From Desulfatiglandales bacterium (GTDB lineage: Bacteria > Desulfobacterota > DSM-4660 > Desulfatiglandales > HGW-15), in assembly GCA_963667015.2 (NCBI GenBank), contig CAXXJJ010000004.1, positions 128,001 through 192,000 of the forward strand: a stretch of DNA of 64,000 nucleotides. The letters run 5' to 3'. Below, piece after piece: positions 43,985 to 53,047 of this stretch. Positions within the stretch are counted from its first letter, which is position 1. Each line of letters opens with the position of its first letter. Below the pieces are notes generated by a model. The model did no database searches. It worked only from the letters and a program-made list of their open reading frames with translations, and was not told the origin of the DNA. The position numbers and the translations under genes were made by a program.

Positions 43985-45991
43985 ATGGAAAAAGAAGTTA
44001 ACTGCATAAACTCAAAGGCCATTATCAACTACCTTGAAGATCACAGCGATACGGATATTCGGGAGTTTTTAAAGGACCTGCATCCTGAACTTGATATTCT
44101 TGCTGATCCTGTATCTTATCTGAAAGATCAGAACAACTGGATATCAAGCGAAGTGGCTTCAGAATTATACAGGCGTGCAAAAGTTACATTAAGGGATGAC
44201 GATGCACCATATAAAATCGCCAAGTACACGACTACAAACGCTTCACTGGGTTATATCCAGAAGATAATTTTTAAAGCCTTCTGGTCCATAGAAAAAGGTT
44301 TTAAAAATGTACAAAAGATCAATGATAAACTTAACAGGAACAAAAGAGTAGAACTGCTTTCAGTCAATAGAAGCGGTGCAATAGTAAGATTACACTGGAA
44401 TCCCGATATGAAGGCCTCCAAGGATATCTGCCAGTACAATAAAGGTATTTATACCTATTTACCTTTAATCTGGGGAAGTAAGAATGTAGACCTTAAAGAG
44501 AGTTGCTGTTATTTCGATGGAGCCCCTTATTGTGAATACATTGTAAAATGGCCGGCCAGGAACAGGGTCAACGAGATATTTTCCAGATTTTTCTCTTCAA
44601 AATCAGTTTTAGCCGACACAATTAAAGAGATGGAGAGAGATAAACATTTACTTGAAAAAAAATATGAGGAGATCAATCTTTTAAATGTTCAGTTGAGTGA
44701 AAAAGTCAGACAGCTTCAAGCCGTTCAGGAGACCGGAAAAGCAATTCTTTCTGTTTTGAATCTTGAAAAACTCCTTAATGTAATCATGAGTACGCTCTCA
44801 AATATATGCATGATCAACAGGGCAATCATCATGATTGTAAATGAAAAGAAGGATAGTCTGGAATACCTTTATGCGACAGGTTTTGATGATAATATTCCCG
44901 AAGAAGTAAAAAATTACTGTGTGTCTCTTGACAGGGTTAACAACCTGCTGGCAAGAGTTGCAAGCACCGGACGGGCAGAATATATCCCTGATGTTATAAC
45001 CTCCAATCTCAGAAAGGAGAATATCGTCCTTTTGCATGGTAAACCCAGTTCAGTTTTTGCCGTACCATTGATAACCCGATCTAAGGTAATAGGAATTATT
45101 GCAACCGATGCGACCAACGGGGATGGTGTTTCTGAAGAAACAAGAAATACGCTTGAAATTTTTGCTCCTCAAATTGCTATTGCGATCGAAAATGCAAGGC
45201 TGTACAAAAAACTTCAGGAGCAGATGATGGAGCTTAAAAGGTCCCACGTCCTTTTAAGCAGGACGGAAAAACTTGCTTTCCTGGGTGATCTGGCTGCCAG
45301 GCTTGCTCATGAGATAAAAAATCCTATGACAGCAATCGGTACCTTTATACAGATGCTGCCCTATAAATTTGATGATGAAGAATATCGCGGAAATTTTCAT
45401 AAAATAGCGATGGAAGAAACAGAAAGGGTAAACAGCCTGATTTCTGAACTTCTTGATCTTGTAAACACCAAGGAACCAAAATTTGAGTCCAGCTCTATTC
45501 ATGAATTGATTGATAAGATGGTCCTTCTTGTTTCGCCTCAAAGCAATGGTAAAAGAATTAAAGTTCAGACTGAATATGATTCCGGATTAGATAAGGCCTG
45601 GCTTGATTCGGAGAAATTCAAGCAGATTATACTGAATCTCCTGTCAAATGCCGTGGAATTTACTCCTGAGCATGGAATTATTAAGATAACTACATTACAA
45701 AATAAAATAGGCAAAAAAGGAGAACCGGGTATTCGAATCATTTTTGAAGATAATGGTGAAGGTATTCCGGAAACCATGATTAATAAAATATTTGATCCAT
45801 ATTTTACAACAAAACATAAAAGCAAAGACCATAAAGGAACAGGCCTGGGACTTTTTATTGTCCACCAGAACGTTCAGGATCATGGTGGCACCATAGAGGT
45901 AAAAAGCAGGCTGGATAAAGGAACTCAGTTTATTATTGATCTTCCGGTTCATCCTGAAAGTGGTTCAAAAAATAATGGAATCGAGATCTAA
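43985..45991 (+). CDS. Soluble histidine kinase with V4R/H-NOX-like sensor, coiled coil and GAF domain
   Basis: DICQYNKG...ESCCYFDGAPYCEY.VKW; GAF (VPLITRSKVIG, IAIENARLY); AHEIKNP; NAVEF, DNGEG, GTGLGL; no TM segment. Confidence 0.9.
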   Translation: MEKEVNCINSKAIINYLEDHSDTDIREFLKDLHPELDILADPVSYLKDQNNWISSEVASELYRRAKVTLRDDDAPYKIAKYTTTNASLGYIQKIIFKAFWSIEKGFKNVQKINDKLNRNKRVELLSVNRSGAIVRLHWNPDMKASKDICQYNKGIYTYLPLIWGSKNVDLKESCCYFDGAPYCEYIVKWPARNRVNEIFSRFFSSKSVLADTIKEMERDKHLLEKKYEEINLLNVQLSEKVRQLQAVQETGKAILSVLNLEKLLNVIMSTLSNICMINRAIIMIVNEKKDSLEYLYATGFDDNIPEEVKNYCVSLDRVNNLLARVASTGRAEYIPDVITSNLRKENIVLLHGKPSSVFAVPLITRSKVIGIIATDATNGDGVSEETRNTLEIFAPQIAIAIENARLYKKLQEQMMELKRSHVLLSRTEKLAFLGDLAARLAHEIKNPMTAIGTFIQMLPYKFDDEEYRGNFHKIAMEETERVNSLISELLDLVNTKEPKFESSSIHELIDKMVLLVSPQSNGKRIKVQTEYDSGLDKAWLDSEKFKQIILNLLSNAVEFTPEHGIIKITTLQNKIGKKGEPGIRIIFEDNGEGIPETMINKIFDPYFTTKHKSKDHKGTGLGLFIVHQNVQDHGGTIEVKSRLDKGTQFIIDLPVHPESGSKNNGIEI

Positions 45992-47140
45992 ATGCTGATT
46001 AAAGAGGTAAACTCTGTAAAGGTTACGCTGCCATTTGCCCGTGAATTTTCACATTCCCTGAGAAAAAGGCTGTCAATCACAAATGTATTTATCCTGCTCA
46101 AAGACAGGGATGGCAGGATATTAGGCTGCGGAGAGGGTGCCCCAAGGACATATGTTACCGGGGAAAGTCCTGATAAAATGATTTCCGATATCACTGAGTT
46201 AATCCAGGATGAAAAATTTCCATGGGAATTATATGATACCGAGCAGTTATGGGGTTTCCTGGACTCACTCCCCCTTAAAAAGGAGATGAACGCTTCGATC
46301 TGTGCTCTGGAGATGGCATTACTGGACGCATTTTCAAGAGAACAAAAAATGAAGATAATTGATTTTTTTTCACATGAATACTATGCCTCTCCAATTCTAT
46401 ATAGCGCGGCTATTCCACTTGGAAATGAGGATGTTGTAAAGGATGCATGCAAAATTATAAACAGGCTCGGTATAAACAGGCTCAAACTTAAGGTAGGTAA
46501 GGACTTTTCACAGAACGAGTCACTATTGAAAATAGTTTCAGAGAATATTTCCGGTAAATATGAGCTCAAGGTGGATGTGAACGGGGTGTGGGATAAACAT
46601 ACTGCTATAAGACACTTACCTTTGCTCGTAAAACACGGCGTGAAGGTTGTAGAACAACCCATGGAACCGGACTCCGGGGAAATCTCTGACTTCTCAAAAG
46701 CGGCCGGGGATTCTGATATAGTATTAATGGCTGATGAGTCTGCATGTTCATTTGAAGATATAGAAAAGATCTCATGTGATGGATATTATGGAATGGTGAA
46801 TGTAAGGGTTTCAAAATGCGGTGGATTGAGACGATCCCTTAAAATAATTGAATATCTGCGCACCATGAAAACCCCTTTTCAGATTGGATGTCAACTGGGT
46901 GAATCCGGCCTGTTATCTGCTGCAGGGAGGATTTTATCACTTCTCTGCCGGGATGCTGTCTACTATGAAGGCTCCTATGACAAGTTGCTTCTGGCTGAGA
47001 ATGTGACAAAAGAAGATGTATCCTTTGAATATGGAGGGGTTGGTCATCCCCTTAATGGGATAGGGCTGGGTGTTGATATTGATCCCTCAAAAATTCAAAA
47101 GCTCTCGGACCATGAATCTTTTCGAAATTTTAAAAGATAA
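45992..47140 (+). CDS. Enolase-superfamily enzyme (muconate cycloisomerase/dipeptide epimerase-like subgroup)
   Basis: GCGEGAPR, KLKVG, VDVN, EQP, ADES, NVRVSKCGG, GLGV; starts immediately after the kinase stop. Confidence 0.85.
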   Translation: MLIKEVNSVKVTLPFAREFSHSLRKRLSITNVFILLKDRDGRILGCGEGAPRTYVTGESPDKMISDITELIQDEKFPWELYDTEQLWGFLDSLPLKKEMNASICALEMALLDAFSREQKMKIIDFFSHEYYASPILYSAAIPLGNEDVVKDACKIINRLGINRLKLKVGKDFSQNESLLKIVSENISGKYELKVDVNGVWDKHTAIRHLPLLVKHGVKVVEQPMEPDSGEISDFSKAAGDSDIVLMADESACSFEDIEKISCDGYYGMVNVRVSKCGGLRRSLKIIEYLRTMKTPFQIGCQLGESGLLSAAGRILSLLCRDAVYYEGSYDKLLLAENVTKEDVSFEYGGVGHPLNGIGLGVDIDPSKIQKLSDHESFRNFKR

Positions 47141-47163
47141 TGATGCCGGTCTTATTCTTTTAA

Positions 47164-47178
47164 TGGCATATGAATTGC
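47164..47178 (+). promoter_or_regulatory. Sigma-54 promoter (near consensus)
   Basis: TGGCATATGAATTGC followed by A. Confidence 0.8.
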
Positions 47179-47189
47179 ATTTATAGAGC

Positions 47190-47277
47190 AATAAAAGGAA
47201 ATGGAGTCTCCCTCCTTACTTCATTCCTAATCTCTGAAAAAAGCCCCTGTCAGGGTTGCCCTGACAGGGGCTTTTTT
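47190..47277 (+). ncRNA. Candidate sigma-54-dependent small RNA with an anti-SD loop
   Basis: Lies between the sigma-54 promoter and a strong terminator; hairpin AGGAAATGGAGT-[CTCCCTCCTT]-ACTTCATTCCT. Confidence 0.65.
47237..47277 (+). terminator. Strong Rho-independent terminator
   Basis: AAAAAAGCCCCTGTCAGGG-TTG-CCCTGACAGGGGCTTTTTT. Confidence 0.9.
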
Positions 47278-47571
47278 GTCTAGATCCGCAATGGATTTTA
47301 GAATTAATAAATAAACCATTAATTTCAGTTAGATACATTTTTTGATTGAAAATTTATTATGGCGGCTCAATGTAAACAGGCCGGTCATAAATAGAATATT
47401 TTCCACCGCCCTAAAGGATAATGAATAAATGGAAAATATGCGCTTATTATTTTAAAGTCATTAATCTGACAGTCTGTTATATATTCGTGAATGGAGGCGA
47501 ATCATAACTTGACCATTTTAAATATTTTGTCGTAACATTCCTGATCAAATCAAAATCATCCGGAGAAAAAA

Positions 47572-49203
47572 ATGTCACTTGAATTAAAATCCTTAAAATA
47601 TTTTAAGGGCAGGAAGGGGCCTCTGCTCCTGATTATAATGGACGGTATTGGTATAGGTAAAAATGATGAAAGCAATGCCGTGTTTCTTGCCAATGCCCCT
47701 GTTTTAAATAGACTTTTAAAAACAGATCTATACATACAATTAAAAGCCCATGGAAAAGCGGTTGGACTGCCAACTGACGGAGACATGGGTAACAGTGAAG
47801 TTGGGCATAATGCGCTTGGGGCCGGCAGGGTATTCGAGCAGGGTGCAAGTCTTGTCAACAGCGCCCTTAAGACCGGAAAGGTCTTTGAGGAAAGATTATG
47901 GCAGGAGATACTTGATCGATCACGAAAAGGCGGAACCCTCCATTTTATAGGCCTGCTTTCTGATGGAAATGTCCATTCCCATATTGACCAGCTTAATATT
48001 CTTATTGATAACTGCGCAGAGTCAGGACTTAAAAAGGTTCGTGTTCATGCACTTCTTGATGGAAGGGATGTTGGTGAAAAAAGTGCGCTTGACTACGTTC
48101 TTCCCACCCAGGAAAAGCTTGATAAGATCTCAAGGGAAAAAAATGCTGACTTTGCCATTGCCTCGGGTGGTGGGCGTATGAAGGTCACCATGGACAGGTA
48201 CAATGCGGACTGGGATATTGTCAGGAGAGGATGGGACGCCCATGTACTTGGGAAAGGAAGAAAGTTTCATTCTGCATCAGAGGCCATAGAAACATACTAT
48301 GCCGAAGATCCGCATATAACCGACCAGTATCTTGATCCTTTTGTTATTGTTGATAATGATGATAATCCTGTAGGAACAATCCGGGACGGTGACTCAGTTG
48401 TATTTTTCAACTTCAGGGGCGACAGGGCCATCGAGATATCAAGGGCATTTACTGAAAAGGATTTAAACGAATTTGATCGCGGTCCTTTGCCGGATATCCT
48501 TTTTGCCGGTATGATGGAATATGATGGTGACACCCGTATCCCGCCAAATTTTCTTGTTCAGCCTCCAGATATAGAACGAACGGTCAGTGAATATCTGTGT
48601 GCCGCCAGTGTAAAATCCTTTGCTGTTTCAGAGACCCAGAAGTTCGGACATGTTACATATTTCTGGAACGGAAACCGGTCCGGTTATATAGATGAAAAAC
48701 TTGAAAAATATATTGAGATACCTTCGGATAGAATCGAGTTTGATCATGCACCTAAAATGAAGGCCTTTGAGATAAAGGATTCGGTAATAAGCCTGTTAAG
48801 GGAAGGGGATTACCGGTTCGGAAGACTCAATTTTGCCAATGGTGATATGGTAGGCCATACAGGCGTTATGGATGCTGCAATCACAGCGGTTGAAGCAGTT
48901 GATAAATGTCTTGGTGAACTCCTGGATGTAGTGGAAGAAATGGATGGGATCGCAATAGTAACCGCTGATCACGGAAATGCAGATGAAATGTATTCAACAG
49001 GAAAGGACGGAAAGAAAAGTGTGAAGACCTCACACACACTCAATCCTGTTCCCTTTGTTATTTTTGATCCGCAGTATAATGGTGAATACAGAATGGCTGA
49101 TATCAAGGAAAAAGGGTTGTCAAATGTTGCTGCAACCCTGCTGAATCTCCTTGGATTTGAAAAGGTGGAGGATTATGATCCTTCACTCATAGAATTCATA
49201 TAA
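47572..49203 (+). CDS. gpmI: 2,3-bisphosphoglycerate-independent phosphoglycerate mutase
   Basis: MGNSEVGH, SDGNVHSH, DGRD, NFRGDRA, DMVGHTG, TADHGN. Confidence 0.95.
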   Translation: MSLELKSLKYFKGRKGPLLLIIMDGIGIGKNDESNAVFLANAPVLNRLLKTDLYIQLKAHGKAVGLPTDGDMGNSEVGHNALGAGRVFEQGASLVNSALKTGKVFEERLWQEILDRSRKGGTLHFIGLLSDGNVHSHIDQLNILIDNCAESGLKKVRVHALLDGRDVGEKSALDYVLPTQEKLDKISREKNADFAIASGGGRMKVTMDRYNADWDIVRRGWDAHVLGKGRKFHSASEAIETYYAEDPHITDQYLDPFVIVDNDDNPVGTIRDGDSVVFFNFRGDRAIEISRAFTEKDLNEFDRGPLPDILFAGMMEYDGDTRIPPNFLVQPPDIERTVSEYLCAASVKSFAVSETQKFGHVTYFWNGNRSGYIDEKLEKYIEIPSDRIEFDHAPKMKAFEIKDSVISLLREGDYRFGRLNFANGDMVGHTGVMDAAITAVEAVDKCLGELLDVVEEMDGIAIVTADHGNADEMYSTGKDGKKSVKTSHTLNPVPFVIFDPQYNGEYRMADIKEKGLSNVAATLLNLLGFEKVEDYDPSLIEFI

Positions 49204-49212
49204 ATTTTTTTA

Positions 49213-49755
49213 TCAGGCGTTAAGGGCGTATTCTGCGCCCTTTTCTATTCCTGCCTTATTCAATTCAACAAGGCCGGCTTTTTTGGATTTCAAAACCTCA
49301 CTCATACCACCGATAAGTGATTCAAGGGATGTAACGCCTGTCTTTGCAGCAAAGGCGCCGAGCATTATCATATTAACAGCTCGCTCATTTCCAAGTTCGA
49401 GCGCTATCTTATTGGCAGGAATTTTTACGGCTTCTATGTCATTTCTATCAGGTTCCCCTTCAACAAGGGAAGAGTTGATGAGCATTATCCCGCCTTTTTT
49501 TATCAGTTTCTGATATTTAACCATTGATGGCTTGTTTAAAACAACGACATAATCAGGAGATGACGCCACAGGTGAGGCAATCTCTTCATCTGAGACACAC
49601 ACAGTGCAGTTTGCTGTCCCGCCTCTTACCTCTGCTCCATATGAAGGCAGGTATGTAACATTCATCTTATCTCTCATTGCCGCAAACGCCAGAATGTATC
49701 CCATTGAAAGAACTCCCTGGCCGCCTGATCCTGCAAATGCTGTTTTGGTTATCAT
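49213..49755 (-). CDS. 2-oxoacid:ferredoxin oxidoreductase gamma subunit
   Basis: GSGGQG, PSYGAEVRGG, NMIMLGA. Confidence 0.92.
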   Translation of the reverse strand: MITKTAFAGSGGQGVLSMGYILAFAAMRDKMNVTYLPSYGAEVRGGTANCTVCVSDEEIASPVASSPDYVVVLNKPSMVKYQKLIKKGGIMLINSSLVEGEPDRNDIEAVKIPANKIALELGNERAVNMIMLGAFAAKTGVTSLESLIGGMSEVLKSKKAGLVELNKAGIEKGAEYALNA

Positions 49756-49773
49756 TTCAGTAAACTACCTCTC

Positions 49774-50523
49774 TCAAATATTCTCTGCGTTGTCCTTGAT
49801 AACGCCAATGGGGAATGTTTTTGTCATATTTTCATCTATCCACTTACAGGAATCTACGGGTGACATCTTCCAGTTTGTAGGGCAGGGGGATAATACCTCG
49901 ACAAGTGAATATCCCAGATCTGCTATCTGGATCTTGAATGCCTTTTTTATTGCCCTTTTTGCGGCCTTTATATTTTTGGGCGATGTTACTGAAACCCGTT
50001 CGATGTAGACAGTACCATCAAGCAGGCCGAGCATTTCACTAAGTCTCAAAGGATTTCCGTCCCTGATAACATCTCTTCCGCCCGGTGTAGTTGTGGACCT
50101 TTGACCCGAGAGGGTTGTAGGCGCCATCTGTCCGCCAGTCATGCCATATGTACCGTTATTGATAAATATGGTGGTGATTTTTTCGCCCCTGTTTGCAGCA
50201 TGGATTGTTTCCGCAGTGCCAATGGCTGCCATATCTCCGTCACCCTGGTAGGTAAAGACAATCCTGTCAGGAAGAACTCTTTTTATTCCGGTAGCAACTG
50301 CTGCACCTCTACCATGCGCCGCCTCTCCCACATCAATGTCAAAATAATCATAGGCCAGAACCGCGCAGCCCGCAGGCGGAACACATATGGATCTATCACC
50401 TATGCCAAGTTCTTCTATTACCTCGGCTACAAGACGATGGGTTATTCCATGCCCGCAACCCGGGCAGTAGTGGAAAACAGCATCCTTAAGATATTTAGGT
50501 TTTGAGAAAACGGTTTCAGACAT
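49774..50523 (-). CDS. 2-oxoacid:ferredoxin oxidoreductase beta subunit (ThDP-binding)
   Basis: YCPGCGH, GDGD, YGMTGGQ, SPCPT. Confidence 0.92.
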   Translation of the reverse strand: MSETVFSKPKYLKDAVFHYCPGCGHGITHRLVAEVIEELGIGDRSICVPPAGCAVLAYDYFDIDVGEAAHGRGAAVATGIKRVLPDRIVFTYQGDGDMAAIGTAETIHAANRGEKITTIFINNGTYGMTGGQMAPTTLSGQRSTTTPGGRDVIRDGNPLRLSEMLGLLDGTVYIERVSVTSPKNIKAAKRAIKKAFKIQIADLGYSLVEVLSPCPTNWKMSPVDSCKWIDENMTKTFPIGVIKDNAENI

Positions 50524-50562
50524 TTTAAATCCTTATATTAAAATAATTCTGATAACAGTTTG

Positions 50563-51624
50563 TTATTCAGGATAATGTTTTTTAATCTGTTCAAATATTT
50601 CTACAGGTGTTGAAACCGGTCCGCCGGGACGGCCGTAGAAATGTATCTTGTTACTGCCATTCAGTGAAAGCTTTACATCTTCAAGCATCTGACCTGTACT
50701 CATTTCATAAACAAGAAACTCGGTTTTGTTTTGTGCAGTTTCCTGAAGGTATTTTTCGGGAAAGGGCCAGAGGGTAACAGGCCTGAAGAGACCGGCCTTC
50801 AGTCCTTCCTTTCTTGCCCTGTCAACAGCGCCTTTTGCTATTCTTGCGGCTGTTCCATAGGCTATTACCGTGATTACAGCATCTGATGTTTTATATGTTT
50901 CTGCAAGCTGGATTTCATCTTTTATGGCCTCATATTTTTTTACAAGCTTCCAGTTAAGTGCCTCTTCTACGCTCACATCCAGCCATAGAGACTTGATAAC
51001 GCGCCTCGGCCTGTTATTTGCGCCGTCTATCTTATAGGGCCTTTCAGGCAGGGTACTGATGTCTCTATATTCAGGAAACACAACAGGTTCCATCATTTGT
51101 CCCATCATACCGTCGAGCAGTATAAAAACAGGGGTCCTGTACTGGTCAGCATAATCAAATGCCTTTGTTACGCAATCGGCAAGCTCCTGTCCTGATGCAG
51201 GTCCAAGGACAATATTCCTGTAGTCGCCATGGCCTCCGCCTCTGGTTGCCTGAAAATAGTCTCCCTGTGAAGGGGCAATATTTCCAAGTCCTGGGCCTCC
51301 ACGCATGCAGTTTACAATAACTGCCGGGAGTTCAAGTGCCGATAAAAAGGAGATACCCTCCTGCTTCAGGCTTATTCCCGGGCTAGATGAGCTTGTCATG
51401 ACTCTAGCTCCGGCCATCGAAGCGCCTATAAGCATGTTAATGGCAGCTATTTCACTCTCCGCCTGTATAAATGTGCCGTCATCAAGTCTGGCCATTGATG
51501 CAGCCATGTATTCTGTCAGTTCATTCTGCGGTGTAATAGGGTAGCCGGCATAAAACCTGCAACCTGCTCTCACTGCAGCTTCGCCAATAACATGATTTCC
51601 ACTCATCAATACTTTTTCAGTCAC
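50563..51624 (-). CDS. 2-oxoacid:ferredoxin oxidoreductase alpha subunit (2-ketoisovalerate Vor-like)
   Basis: GYPITPQ, QAESE, SSSSPG, RGGPGLG; GTG start overlapping the ferredoxin subunit stop. Confidence 0.9.
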   Translation of the reverse strand: MTEKVLMSGNHVIGEAAVRAGCRFYAGYPITPQNELTEYMAASMARLDDGTFIQAESEIAAINMLIGASMAGARVMTSSSSPGISLKQEGISFLSALELPAVIVNCMRGGPGLGNIAPSQGDYFQATRGGGHGDYRNIVLGPASGQELADCVTKAFDYADQYRTPVFILLDGMMGQMMEPVVFPEYRDISTLPERPYKIDGANNRPRRVIKSLWLDVSVEEALNWKLVKKYEAIKDEIQLAETYKTSDAVITVIAYGTAARIAKGAVDRARKEGLKAGLFRPVTLWPFPEKYLQETAQNKTEFLVYEMSTGQMLEDVKLSLNGSNKIHFYGRPGGPVSTPVEIFEQIKKHYPE

Positions 51625-51850
51625 GATAAACCTCAATAGCAACATCCGGACACATGGTTGCACACATTGCGCATCCAATACATTTTATGTCTTTCGGGTT
51701 GTCATCTATGCTTTTTGCGGGATAATATCCCTGGTGGTTGAGACTTTCGGATACAGATATTATCTGTTTTGGACAAACCGAGATGCAAAGATAGCATCCT
51801 TTGCATATTTCACTGTTTATTTTTATTCTTCCTTTTTTCCTATCTGCCAT
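51617..51850 (-). CDS. 2x[4Fe-4S] ferredoxin (oxidoreductase delta subunit)
   Basis: CKGCYLCISVCP and CIGCAMCATMCP. Confidence 0.9.
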   Translation of the reverse strand: MADRKKGRIKINSEICKGCYLCISVCPKQIISVSESLNHQGYYPAKSIDDNPKDIKCIGCAMCATMCPDVAIEVYRD

Positions 51851-52194
51851 ATCCAATTCCAAGTCGAATTTTTGAAACTTATTTATTTAATAAAATACCG
51901 GCATCAGCCGAAATATAAAACGTCTACCCTGGTGAACTTTATTTACTTGCAGGACTAAACAGGGAAATGATTATATGAATTGTTCTTTCAATTCATGTGT
52001 GTTCTACTTGATATATTTCGGTTTTGTCAATTTCTTTTAAAAAAAATTTTTATTTGGTATATTTACAAGTTGTTATTGCTATAAAAATTAAAAATAACCT
52101 TATTAAATTATGTGGTTTAAAATTTAGATAAAACAGGTTATGCAAAATATTATATATAATTATATTTCCGTTGAATTAATTAAAAGGTTATAAA

Positions 52195-53037
52195 ATGGAT
52201 TCAGATCAGCCTAATTTTCAATCACTTCGAATAATAAGGGACAACACACTCCTTATTTCCATTGCCAGCGAATATATTAGTGAGAATATATTCATGGAAA
52301 AATTCGGAAAAGAAATCAAAAAATGTCTCTCTGTTTTAAAAAATGACATTATTAGTCTTAAAAAACAGTTCCCGGGAAAATTTACCCAGGAAGTCAATAC
52401 TGATGGCATTATTTCCAGCTTTGAGAATACGGCAGAGGAAATGCTTTCCGGCAGCGAAGAAATTAAAAACAATTGCAGAACAGGAAAGCTTGCAAAATCC
52501 CTGGACACTGATGTTGACAAAATCACCGAAGCAATTGACAAAATCTGGCATCAGGTAAAGGGGAGTGACGTTAAATATACAACAAGCGATTCAATTGGTA
52601 CTTTTTTTGATCGTTTAAACATTTTTTCAGGTATCGCCAGCCTGCTTAAAGGAATTGTTAAAGTCCTGTTCATTATTGTAATAATCTTGCTGGCCGGATT
52701 CTCATATCTCTATTTTACCATGGAAAAGGAAGCCCCTATACTTGAGGAGAACAAGGAAATAATGGCTTTTATTGAAGAGGAAAAAATCGTTTTACAGGAA
52801 TTTGAGAATAAAAAGGCCGATGCTCAGAAGGAATTAAAGAAATATAAAAATAGTGAATTACTAAGGAAAGACAAGATAGCTATTCTTGACATTGAGACCA
52901 GAATTCAGGAGATTAACCAGGATATACACAAGATTGAAGGCCAGATTGATGCCCATAATAAAACCATGGAACAAAACAATGAAAAGATGGAAGCCATAAG
53001 AAGCAAGCCATTTCTGGACAAGCTTTTAAAACAGTAA
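52195..53037 (+). CDS. Hypothetical membrane-anchored coiled-coil protein
   Basis: 280-aa ORF with a central TM segment and a heptad-rich C-terminus. Confidence 0.75.
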   Translation: MDSDQPNFQSLRIIRDNTLLISIASEYISENIFMEKFGKEIKKCLSVLKNDIISLKKQFPGKFTQEVNTDGIISSFENTAEEMLSGSEEIKNNCRTGKLAKSLDTDVDKITEAIDKIWHQVKGSDVKYTTSDSIGTFFDRLNIFSGIASLLKGIVKVLFIIVIILLAGFSYLYFTMEKEAPILEENKEIMAFIEEEKIVLQEFENKKADAQKELKKYKNSELLRKDKIAILDIETRIQEINQDIHKIEGQIDAHNKTMEQNNEKMEAIRSKPFLDKLLKQ

Positions 53038-53047
53038 ATAACATGAT

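Noticed and set aside
47201..47230. 9-codon ORF MESPSLLHS inside the candidate sRNA
   Set aside because: The AAGGA element is only about 1 nt from the ATG and both lie in the hairpin stem; an RNA function explains the sequence better. Not fully excluded.
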